This document shows, one piece after another, positions 41,681 to 52,155 of a stretch of DNA of 64,000 bases (positions within the stretch are counted from its first letter, which is position 1; each line of letters starts with the position of its first letter). This stretch comes from Candidatus Bathyarchaeota archaeon (lineage in GTDB: Archaea; Thermoproteota; Bathyarchaeia; Bathyarchaeales; Bathycorpusculaceae), in the NCBI GenBank assembly GCA_963806535.1, contig CAWDYC010000004.1, positions 96,001 through 160,000 of the forward strand. Reading direction: 5' to 3'. The notes under the pieces were generated by a model, which had not been told where the DNA came from, made no database searches, and worked only from the letters and a program-made list of their open reading frames with translations. Position numbers and translations under genes: made by a program.

Positions 41681-42069
41681 CCCCATATTAATTCAATTTC
41701 AATTTTGTGATTTTCACTCCGGAAACTTTTATTTTTGTCCCTATAAGACTGATATCCCTAATTCTTGCAAGGTTTTATTACCAAGTTAGTTACAATTAGA
41801 TTTTTTGTTGGACGAGATCATCAAACTTCTTGCCCGATATAAACCTAAGGAAGAAAAAGAAAAATGAAAATGTTAAGAGAAAAGATATTAGCTTAGCTGT
41901 TGCGGCAATTCTGCTCTTCTATCTACGGCTATTTCGATTGGATGAATTCTGAATCAGATTGACCTAAGTTAGTAGATACGAAAATGATTGTCCTTTAAAA
42001 GGATTTGAATAAATGATAAGAACTCTTAAAAAAACACAAGAACGTTAGAGTTAATTGAAGAAAATTAAT

Positions 42070-42163
42070 GTTAAGCGGATTTAGCCAAGTGCTAAACAAC
42101 AGGCAAAGTGTAAAACTCAAGAGGGGCACACTTCACCTCAGATAGCAGCCGAACCCGCTTAAG
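42070..42163 (-). ncRNA. Long imperfect hairpin, candidate structured RNA
   Basis: TTAAGCGG/CCGCTTAA outer stem; 12-bp inner stem fully paired with G-U only on the minus strand. Confidence 0.5.
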
Positions 42164-42393
42164 CAATCACTGGCTCTTAGCTTTTTTCGTTGTTAAAGAG
42201 ACTACGATTTAAGAGAATATAAAACAATGTTGTCTCAAATTGAACCAACAACTCTATTCCTTGACCTCGCCAAAAGAGGATTGAAAAAGATTTATGCGGG
42301 CTGTAGTGAGAGGCGTAATTGAGTTTTAGTCCGGTTATTTTACACATTTTGTTTGCGCAAAATAATTAAACAGTTTTGCACTATTAGAAATTC

Positions 42394-42822
42394 ATGACCA
42401 ACAACAAATTTACCCCTGAACTTGTTGCGCCTTGCGGAATGAATTGTGCCATTTGCAGAGCTTACGTCTCTTATACACATGGGGTACCGCGGGTAAGAGG
42501 GAAAATAACATATTGCGCCGGCTGCGTTCCCAGAGCCAAAAACTGCTACATCAAACGAGGCTGTAAAAAACTTTCCAAACACCAATTCCAATCCTGCAGC
42601 GAATGCGACACTATGCCCTGTGAAAAACTTGCTCATCTCGACAAACGTTACCGCGAACGCTATGACATGAGCATGGTAGAAAACCTAAAACTGCTGAAAG
42701 CCAAGGGCATGGCTGAATTCCTTAAGAGTCAAACACAAAAGTACACTTGCCCAAACTGCGAGGATGTAATTTGTGTGCATGATGCAAAATGCTTAGCATG
42801 TGGCTACAAAAGAAAAGCCTAA
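42394..42822 (+). CDS. DUF3795 Cys-rich protein
   Basis: APCGMNCAIC, CAGC, CSECDTMPCEKL, CPNC. Confidence 0.85.
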   Translation: MTNNKFTPELVAPCGMNCAICRAYVSYTHGVPRVRGKITYCAGCVPRAKNCYIKRGCKKLSKHQFQSCSECDTMPCEKLAHLDKRYRERYDMSMVENLKLLKAKGMAEFLKSQTQKYTCPNCEDVICVHDAKCLACGYKRKA

Positions 42823-43359
42823 GTCACCATACTTTTCAACAATTTCTCTAATTATATTCATGTTTCGAGTTGTAGCTTTTAACTTCAGTTTTGACTCAAT
42901 AAACGGATTGGGTAACGCTCCTTCTCCACCACCATGGGTTTCACTGAAAACTTCCGTACCTTTGGATGAGATTACTTGAGCGGTTGATTTTGGAATTGTT
43001 GTTGGCAATTCGATTGGAAATTTTGTTGAGGTATTTGCAAGAAAAGTGACTAGAAAGCTTGTGTCTTCTTTGTTTTGTTTCTTGAAGGGTTCACTGTTCA
43101 ATTATTTTTTCAAGCTGAGTGATTGTGCGGATAAATACAGCTACATTGTAGCCCAATGTCTCTTGAAGTTTAATCTCTATTTTCTTTTTTGATTTCTTCA
43201 ACATTTCCAGGGTCAATTTCAAAAATTACGTTGCCGCTCTGTTTATAGGTGGAAATTTTTTGAAAGCCCAAAGAAGTGAAGGTTTCTTGCAGCTTCTCTT
43301 TTTTAACAAAGTGTCCGCCAACATTGATTCCTCTTAAGGAAAGCTACAAAACGAGGCAT
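42793..43359 (-). CDS. DUF1697 family protein (frameshifts)
   Basis: MPRFVAFL/RGINVGG, TYKQSGNVIF, ATTRN motifs by hand translation. Confidence 0.8.
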
Positions 43360-44269
43360 TATTTCATCAGTTTTAGCATTATTGCTTTAGCCGAGTATAA
43401 TCGGTTTTCTGCCTGCTCATAAATCACCGACTTCGGACTCTCAATGGCTTCAGCGCTTATTTCGTACCCGCGGTGAATCGGCATGTCATGCATAATGTAG
43501 GCGTCGCTTCCTTTGAGTAGTTCAGCGTTGATTTGGTAGGGCATCATAAGTTTAATCCGCTTCTCCTTCTCCGCCGCAAATTTGGGGTCAGTGAAAAACT
43601 CCATATCAATCCATGTGTCAGTGTAAACAAAATCTGCCTCTTTAACGGCTTTTTTTGCATCTAAAGTTGATTGCCAAAGCCCAGTTTTGTTGGCTTCAGC
43701 CAGCATCTCTTCATCTCGTGCTGCTTCATTAAAAATCGGGGTAACCGTTGTTATTTTGACTCCTGTTTTTGTGCAGCCCTCAATTAGCGAGTTGCAAACA
43801 TTGTTGTGAACACCAATGTAAACCAGTTTAGCGCCTTTAAGAGTGCCCTTTTTCTCTTTTATGGTGATTAAGTCAGCTAATGGCTTGGCTTGGATGATAC
43901 TTCTCGTCGCAACCGTTGATTACTGGAACACGCGATGCTTTAGCCATCTTCAACAAATCCGTGTCATAAAGCAATCTAGCCATGATGCAGTCAACATTAC
44001 GCGATAAATACTGAATCTCATCGGTTATGTCTGCCATCGTGAAGTTGGTTGTTCGCCAATCAATAAATAAGCCATGACCGCCAAGCTGAGTAGCTGCAAC
44101 CTCAAAAGAAACCCTTGTCCGAGTGGAAGTTTTCTGAAAAATCAAGGCAGATGATTTACCCTCAAACGCTTTACTAGTATTTTTTGGGGTTGTGCTTAAC
44201 TTCGATGCCTAAATCAACCAATGCATTAAGCTCTTGGCTGGATAATTCTTTGAAATTAATCAGATGCAT
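43359..44269 (-). CDS. argF: Ornithine carbamoyltransferase (frameshifts)
   Basis: FQKTSTRTRVSFE, HPSQA, YTDTW, HDMP. Confidence 0.92.
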
Positions 44270-44364
44270 CTATCTTTGCCTTCCAGATACGCTGACGAGC
44301 CAGCAATTATAAGCTTTATGGAAACCCTTTTCACTCAAATCATACACAATAAGACTGAACCAGC

Positions 44365-45197
44365 ATGATTCTCCTCGTAGCCTCAAAAAAAGACATTGCA
44401 AGCCTAAACATCAAAAAGCAAATCCTAAAGCACTATCCCTTTAAAAAAACTTCTCAAAACCTTCCAAGAAAACTCCATCTACAACGCGAATTTAAACGGC
44501 AAAGACATCATGCTTGTAACTTTGAACCAGGAATCTGTTAATGCACAAAATCTGCCTGAATGTTTTCCCAATTCAGAAATAATCGTCTTTATCTCAAGGC
44601 ATAGCAGTGCAAGTGGCAGACCAACATTGTCTGTTCACACGCCTGGAAACTTTGATGAAGCAGGGCTAGGCGGCTTGCCAAAAACTCGTCTCAGTTTCTC
44701 CTGCAAAAGCCATGAGCGACGCCTTAAAAGCGCTTTTACACTATAAAGAAGAGTTAAGCCTTGACTATGAAGTGTCATATGAGGTCACTCATCATGGTCC
44801 AAGCCTAAATGTGCCCGCGATGTTTGTTGAGTTAGGCAGCTCAGAGAAGCAATGGAGAGATTCTAAGGCTGCAGAAGCTGTTGCTCACTCAGCGATGCAT
44901 GCAATAGCTAATTTTTCAAAACCTGCTAACTCTTGCTCGGCGGTTCTAGGCATCGGTGGAACGCATTATAATCAGAAATTTACGTGCATGGCTTTGGTCG
45001 GAGAAGCTATTTTCGGTCACATGATACCTAAACATGCTGTTTGCAAAATTGATTCAGAAATGTTATTGCAATGCAGGACGAAGACTTTTGAGAAGGTTTC
45101 GCTGGCCATTCTTGATTGGAAAGGAATCAAAAGCGAAGACAAACCAAAACTTTTGTCTGCTCTGCAGGATGTGGGGTTGCCTTTCAAGAAAGTTTAA
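44365..45197 (+). CDS. dtdA: D-aminoacyl-tRNA deacylase (archaeal DTD2; frameshifts)
   Basis: SRHSS, LSVHTPGN, EVTHHGPS, FVELGS, GGTHY. Confidence 0.9.
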
Positions 45198-45299
45198 TGC
45201 GTTATAACAAGCTTTAAAAGGTTAATTATGGTTGCTTTTAAACTCTAAGTTACAGTAACGTTTATTATTCATAAATGAAATCTTGAGTGTGCGATAAGT

Positions 45300-45500
45300 A
45301 TGGGAATAAAATCTTGGCTACAGCAAGCAGCAAGAACTTTAAAGTTAGCTGTTAAACCTGGAAGAGAGGAGCTGTGGCTATCAATAAAAATTAGCCTTTT
45401 AGGCATAGGTGCAGTTGGTTTAATTGGTTTCGTTATTAAACTTTTATCCTATGCTGTAGGCGGCGCGGCTTCACCGGCATCACCGACACCAACACCTTAG
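45300..45500 (+). CDS. secE: Protein translocase SecE / Sec61 gamma
   Basis: LKLAVKPGREE followed by TM; upstream of spt5. Confidence 0.9.
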   Translation: MGIKSWLQQAARTLKLAVKPGREELWLSIKISLLGIGAVGLIGFVIKLLSYAVGGAASPASPTPTP

Positions 45501-45514
45501 AAGGAAACTTATTT

Positions 45515-45985
45515 ATGGACAAGAAAGAAGAGCAAAGACAAGTAAAAATTTTCGTTGTCAAAACAACAACTGGGCAAGAACGCAACGTTGCAAGATTGAT
45601 TGCGTCAAAAGTTGAAATGAACCATATTCCAATAAAAGCTCTTCTTGTACCCGACACATTGAAAGGCTACGTGTTTGTTGAAGCTGATGGACCACATCTT
45701 GTGGAAGAAGCAATCACAGGCTTAAGGCATGTGCGATCCAGAATCCCTGGGCTCGTAAGCTTTGCCGAAATAGAACGGTACATCGTCCGAAAACCAGTCA
45801 TGGAAGACCTCAACGAAGATGACGTCGTCGAAATTACTGGTGGACCATTCAAAGGTATGCGTGCAAAAATCACAAGACTTGACAAGTCAAAAGGCGAAGT
45901 TACCCTCGAACTGCTTGAGGCAACATTCACTTTGCCAATCACAGTACATTCAGATTATGTAAAACTAGTAGAGAAAGCAAAATAA
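45515..45985 (+). CDS. spt5: Transcription elongation factor Spt5/NusG
   Basis: TTGQERNVA, KGYVFVEA, GGPFKG KOW. Confidence 0.96.
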   Translation: MDKKEEQRQVKIFVVKTTTGQERNVARLIASKVEMNHIPIKALLVPDTLKGYVFVEADGPHLVEEAITGLRHVRSRIPGLVSFAEIERYIVRKPVMEDLNEDDVVEITGGPFKGMRAKITRLDKSKGEVTLELLEATFTLPITVHSDYVKLVEKAK

Positions 45986-45998
45986 TTGGTGAAATGAT

Positions 45999-46487
45999 AT
46001 GGGAGAGAAAAAAGTTGTAGAATTGCTCGTAAATGGAGGACAAGCCAATGCAGGTCCACCATTAGGTCCTGCTTTAGGTCCATTAGGTCTAAACGTTATG
46101 GCTGTCGTCACTAAAATTAACGAGCTTACCAAAGACTATGCTGGAATGAAGGTTCCAGTAAAAATCACCGCTGATACAGAGGATAAAAGCTTCGAGGTTT
46201 CCGTTGGCACTCCAACCGCTTCAGCTTTAATCGTTGCTGAATTGAAAATTGAGAAAGGCTCAGGAACACCTAACACTGTTAAAGTAGGCAACTTGTCTAT
46301 GGAACAGATGGTGAGAATAGCCAAAATTAAGGGTCCTCAGCTTTTATCGCCAACTCTCAAGAAAGCAACAAAAGAAATGCTTGGAACCTGCGTTAGCTTA
46401 GGCGTCACTGTTGAAGGAAAAGACCCCCGTGAAGTCCAAAAAGAAATTGATGCTGGCACCTACGAGTCGCTATTTGGTACTGAATAA
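45999..46487 (+). CDS. rpl11: 50S ribosomal protein L11
   Basis: [18 protein letters not shown]. Confidence 0.97.
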   Translation: MGEKKVVELLVNGGQANAGPPLGPALGPLGLNVMAVVTKINELTKDYAGMKVPVKITADTEDKSFEVSVGTPTASALIVAELKIEKGSGTPNTVKVGNLSMEQMVRIAKIKGPQLLSPTLKKATKEMLGTCVSLGVTVEGKDPREVQKEIDAGTYESLFGTE

Positions 46488-46545
46488 TGATAAGCGAATA
46501 TTTTTATAATCGATTTCCAATCCCTCATTGGCACGAGGCTTAAAA

Positions 46546-47197
46546 ATGCCCCTAGACAACAAGACAATATTAGAAGCAATTAAACAGGCAAAGGCGAAGT
46601 CTGGCGACAAAAAATTCAACCAGACCGTAGATATGATCTTAGATATCATGGAGATCGATATGAAGTCGCCAGAAGGCAAAATCCAAGAGGTTGTTGAGCT
46701 TCCTCACGATACTGGAAAGCCAAACAAGGTTTGTGTTATTGCTTCTGGAGAATTTGCAATGAAAGCAAAAAACGCGCAAGCTGAATATGTTATTGAACGT
46801 GCTGATTTAGACGCGTTAAATGGCAAAAAGAAAGAATTACGAAAGCTTGCCAGCGCAATATGATGTTTTCATTTCTGAAGCTCCGTTAATGCCGCTTGTC
46901 GGTAGGATTCTTGGTCCAGTTTTGGGTCCAAGAGGAAAGATGCCTATTCCTGTTGCACCTAATGCGGACATTGCAGCTCTCATTAAGAAGCATCGTAAAA
47001 CGGTGGTTGTGAGAATGCGTAACCAACCGATTATTCAGGTTTCCGTTGGTACTCAACAGATGAAGGATGAAGAGCTTGTCGATAACACAATGGCTGTTCT
47101 TCGTGTTTTAGATGGAAAACTCAAGCGTGGCTTGAAAAACGTAAAGTACGCTTTCTTCAAGACATCTATGGGTGAACCAGTAAAAATTAAACCTTAA
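46546..47197 (+). CDS. rpl1: 50S ribosomal protein L1 (frameshift near 46855)
   Basis: KFNQTVD, LGPRGKMP, KTSMG. Confidence 0.95.
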
Positions 47198-47213
47198 CAA
47201 GAGAAGAGAAATT

Positions 47214-48081
47214 ATGCCGTCCCAACAAGTATTAGAAGAAAAATCAACTGAAGTAGAAGCAATAAAGGACATACTGAAAGAACATAAATCCATAGGCATC
47301 GCTAGCCTGAAAAAGGTTCGTGCTTCCCAACTTCAAGAACTAAAGAAAAGCATGGCTGGCAAAGTTTACCTACGCGTGTTAAAGAACACATTAATGCGGA
47401 TAGCTATTGAAGAAATGAATCAAGCAGACTTAAAAAAGCTTGAAGTGTACTTGGATGGCTCAAACGTTTACTTGTTCTCAGACATAAACCCTTTCAAACT
47501 AGCTTTAATGCTGGAAAGAGGCAAAGTAAAAACAACCGCCAAATCAGGCGACATAGCTGCCATGGACGTAATTGTTCCAGCAGGCAACACTGCTCAACCT
47601 CCAGGCCCAATCATTAGCCAACTAAACGGCGTTGGTCTACCAACAAGAATCGAATCAGGCAGCGTCTGGGTCAGCAAAGATACATTGGTCGTTCGCAGAG
47701 GAGAAGTAATCAGCGAACAACTCGCAGGTGTTCTCTCAAAACTTGGAATTAAAGCGGTTGAACTCGGTATTTCGATGCGAGCGGTTTTTGATAATGGCTT
47801 AATGATTACCGGTGACCAACTCAAAGTTGACGTTGATGCGACACGAAAAAGCGTTGAACAAAGCAACCAAGAAGCTTTCGCCTTAGCAATGGAAATCTCT
47901 TATACAACCAAAGAAACAATCAAGCCACTACTTGCAGAGTGCACATCAAAAGGCTCTTGCGTTAGCCGTTAGTGCTGCGATACCTACCAAAGAAACAATT
48001 GGCGACTTAATCCGAAAAGCAAACATGGAAATGACAAGTCTAATCGGTGCAGTCGACAAAGCCAAGCCAAAAGCAGCCTAA
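47214..48081 (+). CDS. rpl10: 50S ribosomal protein L10/P0 (frameshift near 47935)
   Basis: VLKNTL, NPFKL, PAGNT..PPGP; second frame ends VDKAKPKAA* at 48081. Confidence 0.93.
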
Positions 48082-48215
48082 TAATATCTCTCTTTTTAGT
48101 TTATTATTTCTCAAAACTAGGACTTCTCAGCTGGGGCTTCAATTTCATGTCTTAGTTTTGATAAGGCTTAATAGTTTCTTACGTCGTGTACATTTAAATT
48201 ATAATGTGACTAGCC

Positions 48216-49505
48216 ATGGTTGATGTTTGGCTTCCCTACGGAAAAACCGACGTGTGTGTACGAGTTCCAGCCCGAAACCTTCTTGGAACAATCGAACCTG
48301 TAGACTGGTCAGGTGTACCAGATCCCAAAGTTGAAGTTGAGAGAGCTCTAAAAAATCCCATCCCAGTTGGTTCCAAACGTTTGAGCGAAATTGCTAAAGC
48401 TGAAAGCAAAGTCGCAATAGTTGTTGACGACGCAACACGCAAAGCGCCAAACGAATTGATGCTTTTACCAGTACTCGCCGAGTTAAGCCTAGCTGGCGTA
48501 AAAGACGAGAATATCACAATTATTTTTGGTTGCGGAACGCATCGGGCAGTTAAACCTGAAGAAGCGACAGCAATTCTTGGCGTAGAAATAACCAAGCGAA
48601 TAAAAGCTGTTAGTCACGATTGCAAAGCGCAAGATTTGGTTAACATAGGGACGACGAAAACACATGGCAACAAAGTGTACGTTAACCGCGTTTTTGCTGA
48701 GGCAGATGTGCGTGTGCTTTTGGGTGATGTTGGTTTTCACTATTATGCAGGTTACGGCGGTGGCAGAAAAAGCGTTTTACCCGCAGTTAGCGGAGAAGAA
48801 ACCATCAAACATAACCATTCAATGCTTCTGCATGCTAACGCCCGAAGCGGCAACTTGGCTGAGAACCCTGTGCATCAGGACATGACTGAAGGGGCAAGAT
48901 TAGCCAAAGTTGACTTCATTGTTAACACCGTTGAAAATAAGAAAGGTGAAATCGTAAAGGCATTCGCCGGAGATTTAGAGCAGGCTTTTTCTGAAGCTGT
49001 AAAACTTGTTGACGAAATGTTTCGTGTAACTGTGGAACGCCGGGCTGACATCTTAGTTGTGAGTGCGGGCGGATATCCAGCGGACATAAACCTCTATCAA
49101 GCTTACAAAGCCTTAGACAACTCTCTAGACGCGGTCAAACGGGGAGGAGTAATAATTCTTGTCGCTGAATGCACCGAAGGTCATGGAAATCAGGTGTTCT
49201 ACGATTGGATGACGCGTTTGGGTGATTTGAAGAATGTCGAGCATGAAATAAAACGCAACTTTGTCATGGGCGGACACAAAGCCTATTACCTCCTAAAAGC
49301 CCTGCAAAACCACCAAATTATCCTTGTCTCTTCCATGCCCGATTACTATGCCACAAGCATATTCAAACTCAAAACAGCTCGGGCAGTAAACGATGCTTTA
49401 ACCGAAGCGCTAAAAATTGCTGGTTCAGCCTCAAGGGTCTGGGCAATGCCACATGGCAGCTACACATTGCCAGTGTTTAAGGCTCCAGACGAAACAAATA
49501 CTTAG
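48216..49505 (+). CDS. larA: LarA family nickel-pincer lactate racemase-like protein
   Basis: DDATR, GTHR, HYYAGYGGGRKS, GGYPADINLYQ. Confidence 0.9.
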   Translation: MVDVWLPYGKTDVCVRVPARNLLGTIEPVDWSGVPDPKVEVERALKNPIPVGSKRLSEIAKAESKVAIVVDDATRKAPNELMLLPVLAELSLAGVKDENITIIFGCGTHRAVKPEEATAILGVEITKRIKAVSHDCKAQDLVNIGTTKTHGNKVYVNRVFAEADVRVLLGDVGFHYYAGYGGGRKSVLPAVSGEETIKHNHSMLLHANARSGNLAENPVHQDMTEGARLAKVDFIVNTVENKKGEIVKAFAGDLEQAFSEAVKLVDEMFRVTVERRADILVVSAGGYPADINLYQAYKALDNSLDAVKRGGVIILVAECTEGHGNQVFYDWMTRLGDLKNVEHEIKRNFVMGGHKAYYLLKALQNHQIILVSSMPDYYATSIFKLKTARAVNDALTEALKIAGSASRVWAMPHGSYTLPVFKAPDETNT

Positions 49506-49574
49506 ACAACTTGCAATAATCCCAAAGCAACTAATTGAACATAAAGCGCAAACTTTAAGTTTAAACAGTGAAAT

Positions 49575-50072
49575 GTGGATAAAGAAGGCGTCAAAATGCA
49601 ACAAACCTTCAAACTACGCAAATTCGTCCCAAATGACTTACAAAATGTAATGCAAATCAACCGTGTTTGTTTACCAGAAAACTACACTGACTTCTTCTTT
49701 ATGGACCTGCATCAGCGTTTTCCAGAGACCTTCATTGTAGCAGAAGAAAATGGCGAGATCGCAGGCTACATAATGTGCCGAATTGAAGTCGGTTTATCAA
49801 ATTATGGGTTCGGCGGCTTAGTTAGAAAAGGACATGTAGTGTCCATAGCAGTTATGCCACAGTATCGACGCAAAGGCATTGCCCAAGCAGTAATCAATAA
49901 GGCGTTGGAAGGCATGCAATATTACAAAGCCAAACAATGCTTCCTAGAAGTTCGGGTAACAAACGACGCAGGAATATCGCTTTATAAGAAATTGGGTTTT
50001 GAAGTTACAAGAACAATAAATGGGTATTACTCTGACGGCGAAGACGCATACGTTATGACAAAACGGCTTTAA
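49575..50072 (+). CDS. rimI: N-terminal protein acetyltransferase (Ard1/RimI)
   Basis: CLPENY, GHVVSIAV, LEVRVTN, YYSDGEDA. Confidence 0.92.
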   Translation: MDKEGVKMQQTFKLRKFVPNDLQNVMQINRVCLPENYTDFFFMDLHQRFPETFIVAEENGEIAGYIMCRIEVGLSNYGFGGLVRKGHVVSIAVMPQYRRKGIAQAVINKALEGMQYYKAKQCFLEVRVTNDAGISLYKKLGFEVTRTINGYYSDGEDAYVMTKRL

Positions 50073-50207
50073 GCAAAAATAGAATATAAAATGACGTAAG
50101 CGTTATTTTCTTGATGGTTTTTCTATTCAAAAACAAAAACTAAACGGACAAGCAACACAACTTCTTTAAAATGCTGAATGCATAATTAGTTTTGAGGAAT
50201 CAAGTTT

Positions 50208-50897
50208 ATGTCGATCCAAAAGATCCCCGAAAAAAACACTGTCTTCTTTGTTTGGCTAAACCAATACTCTGGAATATTGCTGAAAACCCCCAGCAAAACC
50301 CTAGCCATAGACCCAGTTGACGTCAAACCCAAAAGCCTCCAAGGCATAGATGCAATTTTAATAACTCATGAACACTACGACCATTTAGATCCACGATTAA
50401 TCGTTGAAGTTCAAAAAGCAACAGACTGCCTGATAATTGCGGATGCTGCCTCAACCAAGAAACTTCAACACGCCATACCCGTCGAAAAGCTTAAAGAAAT
50501 CAAGCCAGGCGCTGAAACAAAAATCGGCGAAGTCTCAATAAAAGCAGAAAAATGCAACCACACTGCACAAGCACCAGTAACATACATCATAACCAGCGAA
50601 GACGAACTCAAAGTCTACCACACCGCAGACAGCTTGCCTTTCCCAGAACTTGCTGCCATGGGGCAAAAAGAAAAATTTGATGTCGTTTTTTGTACGGTTG
50701 GAATCGCACCTGGTGCCAGTCCACAATCAGGGTTTGAAATAGCACGATTAACTAAGCCACAAGTAGCAGTACCATACCATACAGGATCAAAGGCAAGCCA
50801 AACAGAGTTTGCTGAAATATTAAAGAAGGAATTGCCAAGAACCGCTTGCTTGATTCCGCAACAAAACAAAATTTATCAATTATCAAAAAGGAAGTGA
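50208..50897 (+). CDS. MBL-fold metallo-hydrolase
   Basis: ITHEHYDH, HTADS, VPYH. Confidence 0.88.
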   Translation: MSIQKIPEKNTVFFVWLNQYSGILLKTPSKTLAIDPVDVKPKSLQGIDAILITHEHYDHLDPRLIVEVQKATDCLIIADAASTKKLQHAIPVEKLKEIKPGAETKIGEVSIKAEKCNHTAQAPVTYIITSEDELKVYHTADSLPFPELAAMGQKEKFDVVFCTVGIAPGASPQSGFEIARLTKPQVAVPYHTGSKASQTEFAEILKKELPRTACLIPQQNKIYQLSKRK

Positions 50898-51532
50898 AAA
50901 AATTGAAAACAGAAACAGCCAGCCAAGAAAAGAAAGATGAAATGGCAAATATACTTCTCAAACTTGATGCGATAAAATTTGGTGTTTTCAAATTATCAAG
51001 TGGAAAAGCCAGTCCCTACTATATTGACCTAAGAGTAATACCAAGCTTTCCAGATGCTTTCAGAGAAATCTGCGACTTCTATGCTGCATACATAAACAAG
51101 TCGGTTGGACTAAAAAACTTTGATAGAATAGCAGGAGTACCTTTGACAGGAATCATTTTTGCATCCCAAATTGCATATAACCTCAAGAAACCGTTCCTTT
51201 TCGTGCGGAAAGGTGTTCGATTGCATGGAAGAGCAAGAAGGGTCGAAGGAGTCTTAGCATCAGGAGATAAAGTTCTTCTAATTGACGATTTAATTACCAC
51301 TGGGCTTTCCCTCAAAAAAGCTGCAGCGGCAGTAAGAGCGGAAGGTGGAGTTGTAACGGATGCAGTTGTTTTTCTAGACCGGGAAGAAGGCGGAAAACAT
51401 CAACTTGAAAAATGCGGAATAAAACTTCATGGCCTATTGAAAATAAGCGAAATAGCAAATGCGCTTTACGAGATTGGCTCCATAGATCAAGATAGCCTTA
51501 AAACGATCTTAAAACAAATAAAAAAGAACTAA
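50894..51532 (+). CDS. pyrE: Orotate phosphoribosyltransferase
   Basis: FKLSSGKASPYYIDLR, LIDDLITTG. Confidence 0.93.
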   Translation: MKKLKTETASQEKKDEMANILLKLDAIKFGVFKLSSGKASPYYIDLRVIPSFPDAFREICDFYAAYINKSVGLKNFDRIAGVPLTGIIFASQIAYNLKKPFLFVRKGVRLHGRARRVEGVLASGDKVLLIDDLITTGLSLKKAAAAVRAEGGVVTDAVVFLDREEGGKHQLEKCGIKLHGLLKISEIANALYEIGSIDQDSLKTILKQIKKN

Positions 51533-51540
51533 AAACAAAC

Positions 51541-52101
51541 TTACTCGTAAAATATTAGGCTAGTCTCTTCAAGTAGCGTATGCAATTTTTCGACGGCTAC
51601 ATAAACGTCTTGTTCTTGTTTGGCTCCGGTACAAACAAGTTTTCCGCTGGCAAAAAGCAAAACCACAACTTTGGGCTCTGCCATTCTGTAAATCAACCCT
51701 GGGAACTGTTCAGGCTCATACATCGCGTGTTCAAGGGTGTAAGCGGCTTTTTCCAAATCAATCATGCCTCCGAGCCCCCCTGAAGCAACAATATTTTGAA
51801 TCTTAAGTTCAGGTTTGCTGATAATTATGATTCCGCCTTTTTTGAGTTCCTTTACGACTTTTGTGACAGCTCGGCGTGCTTCCTTCTCTGATTTGGCGCC
51901 GGTGCAAACCATTTTTCCTGAGCTAAAAATTAAAGTTGCTGTTTTAGGACGTTTTAATCTGAAAACTAAGCCGGGAAATTGTTCAGGACGATATTCTACA
52001 CCTGGATAGCCTTTAACTACAGCGTTTAAATCCACTTTTTGGTTGAGCGTTGCAGAAGCGACCACGTTCTCAATGCTTATTATTGCTTTAATTCTTGGCA
52101 A
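51541..52101 (-). CDS. tbp: TATA-box-binding protein
   Basis: Two repeats ENVVAS...YRPEQFPGL...GKMVCTGAK. Confidence 0.97.
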   Translation of the reverse strand: MPRIKAIISIENVVASATLNQKVDLNAVVKGYPGVEYRPEQFPGLVFRLKRPKTATLIFSSGKMVCTGAKSEKEARRAVTKVVKELKKGGIIIISKPELKIQNIVASGGLGGMIDLEKAAYTLEHAMYEPEQFPGLIYRMAEPKVVVLLFASGKLVCTGAKQEQDVYVAVEKLHTLLEETSLIFYE

Positions 52102-52155
52102 ACAATTTCCCCTTCTTAAACCGGCCCTTAAATATTCATTTATCAAAGGCTTTCT

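Noticed and set aside
33502-42163. GTTAAG...CTTAAC hairpins as integron attC sites
   Set aside because: attC runs RYYYAAC...GTTRRRY; here the order is reversed and no integrase is present
817-48081. Frameshifts in rpl6, rpl19e, rpl30, secY, lig, argF, rpl1, rpl10 and many others as programmed frameshifting or mass pseudogenisation
   Set aside because: They hit essential genes at scattered positions, mostly as single extra bases with no shared slippery motif; best explained as uncorrected long-read indels
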